The translations under genes were made by a program, and so were the position numbers. The notes under the pieces are model-generated. The model ran no database searches. It was not told the DNA's origin and worked only from the letters and a program-made list of their open reading frames with translations. A stretch of DNA of 64,000 nucleotides. Origin: Lingula anatina (lineage: Eukaryota > Animalia > Brachiopoda). This document shows positions 62,687-64,000 of this stretch, in pieces. The stretch lies in the NCBI GenBank assembly GCA_051362555.1, contig CM120641.1:20460001-20524000 (forward strand), given 5' to 3'. The first letter of the stretch is position 1. Each line of letters opens with the position of its first letter.

Positions 62687-64000
62687 TTGTGTTTTCTTGC
62701 ACATGCAAATATATTTGTAACATAAGCAGTGTACCTGTGCAGATACAAATACCCATGCAAATTTTCCTGATTGTTTCACATATGCTCGCACAATGCGTTC
62801 ACTTATGTTTCATAGAAAAAGACTAAAGACAAAAAAATGTGAGATGACCCGTTTTGGTGTAAAGCTAGAGCAGTGGCGACAATTATGTTAGAAACTGAGC
62901 TGCCAGAGGTCTGCTTTTTAGTTCGATGCTATGCAAAGGAATCCACAACCCGAACACACATAGATATGGAATTGACACTTAGTTAATTAATATTAAAACC
63001 TCTTATTTTGAACTACACGCACACATGTTTATGTGGTATCCCATGTGACATCTGTATTCCAATGATAGTACAAGTATTGATTATTGATTATCAATTTATT
63101 ATTTGAAAATGTATGGATGAGATATTAGACTATCGAGCATCCAGGTTAATTCAAGGGGGAGGGGGTAGAAAAGTTAGAAGGAAACGCATTTTCGGATTAA
63201 GCCCGTTTTTTGGTCACCGAGACAAAAATATCCTTTTAATTATCTAGCAGTGCTTATAACATACCACAGGTTTTTAACTTTTGATCAAAATATAATAATT
63301 CGATCTTCGGAGGGAATTCCAGACTTCAGTTTTATATCATTATCTTGTAGTGTCAGAAACAAAATCATATCAGTCCTATTTTAATGATGATAGAAAGCAA
63401 TGTAGTAGCGGTATCCATCGTTCATTTCCGTAACCCGAATTATTTGATACGAATTTAACCGAACTCGGACGAATGGATTCAGTGTTAGGCCCCAGCTAAG
63501 TGATTTCTTGAACGTAAATAGGCTACCATATTGAATGCCTTGGGTTGCTGCAACAAATATTTTAACCCATTCTCATCTAATCTATTTCGTTATTATGTCT
63601 GAAAGCACAATACACGTACAATACATGTACGTCACATATAGGTATAGTATGTATGGTTATGCATGCACTAGCAGATTGCATGTGCTAGATGTTTCAAATT
63701 ACCATTTGGTATAAGTTAACATTTCCTTCCGAGCTGATATATAGAGTTTCTTTACACACATGTATTTATTCTGTAACATAGCGTGACGCGCTCCGTGTTC
63801 AGAAATAGATTAACTGTTGGTTTGAACCGTAGTGCCTCACACACAGTGACACATACATTTGAATACGAGCAAAAAAAAAACCCCTTCCTACTGAGAGTCT
63901 TTCACTTACTTAGTAAAGTATAGCTATATAAAGTTGCAGCAGACGGGAGCAAACATTCTCTAACTTTCAATACACTGGGGAATAAGTACAACTGCAACCA

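Noticed and set aside
1-64000. CRISPR arrays, tRNA/rRNA genes, autonomous transposase or reverse transcriptase ORFs
   Set aside because: None recognised. The repeats present are TIR elements and simple repeats.

Overview
AT-rich, intron-rich animal genomic DNA, probably a lophotrochozoan such as a mollusc (inferred from the protein sequences). It holds three spliced genes that the ORF track mostly misses. (1) On the minus strand, the first two coding exons of a phospholipase C-beta gene (16962-16864, 13295-13218); the gene continues leftwards, probably out of the window. (2) On the plus strand, a complete 3-coding-exon PhnZ/TmpB-type HD-domain oxygenase of 191 aa (18732-20243). (3) On the minus strand, a complete DEKA-type voltage-gated sodium channel (Nav1, about 1990 aa, 25 exons per isoform, 52161-22711). 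The Nav1 gene has unusual splicing features: duplicated S3-S4 voltage-sensor exons in both domain I and domain III, a candidate stop-containing poison exon at the domain III position, a U12-type AT-AC intron, and a rare U2-type AT-AC intron. It also has non-canonical outer-pore residues at toxin-binding positions. Introns and intergenic DNA carry several non-autonomous TIR transposons, one inserted inside a splice donor, plus microsatellites. All exon structures were derived by hand from the sequence with no transcript evidence, and comparisons with other species are from recall, not from database searches.
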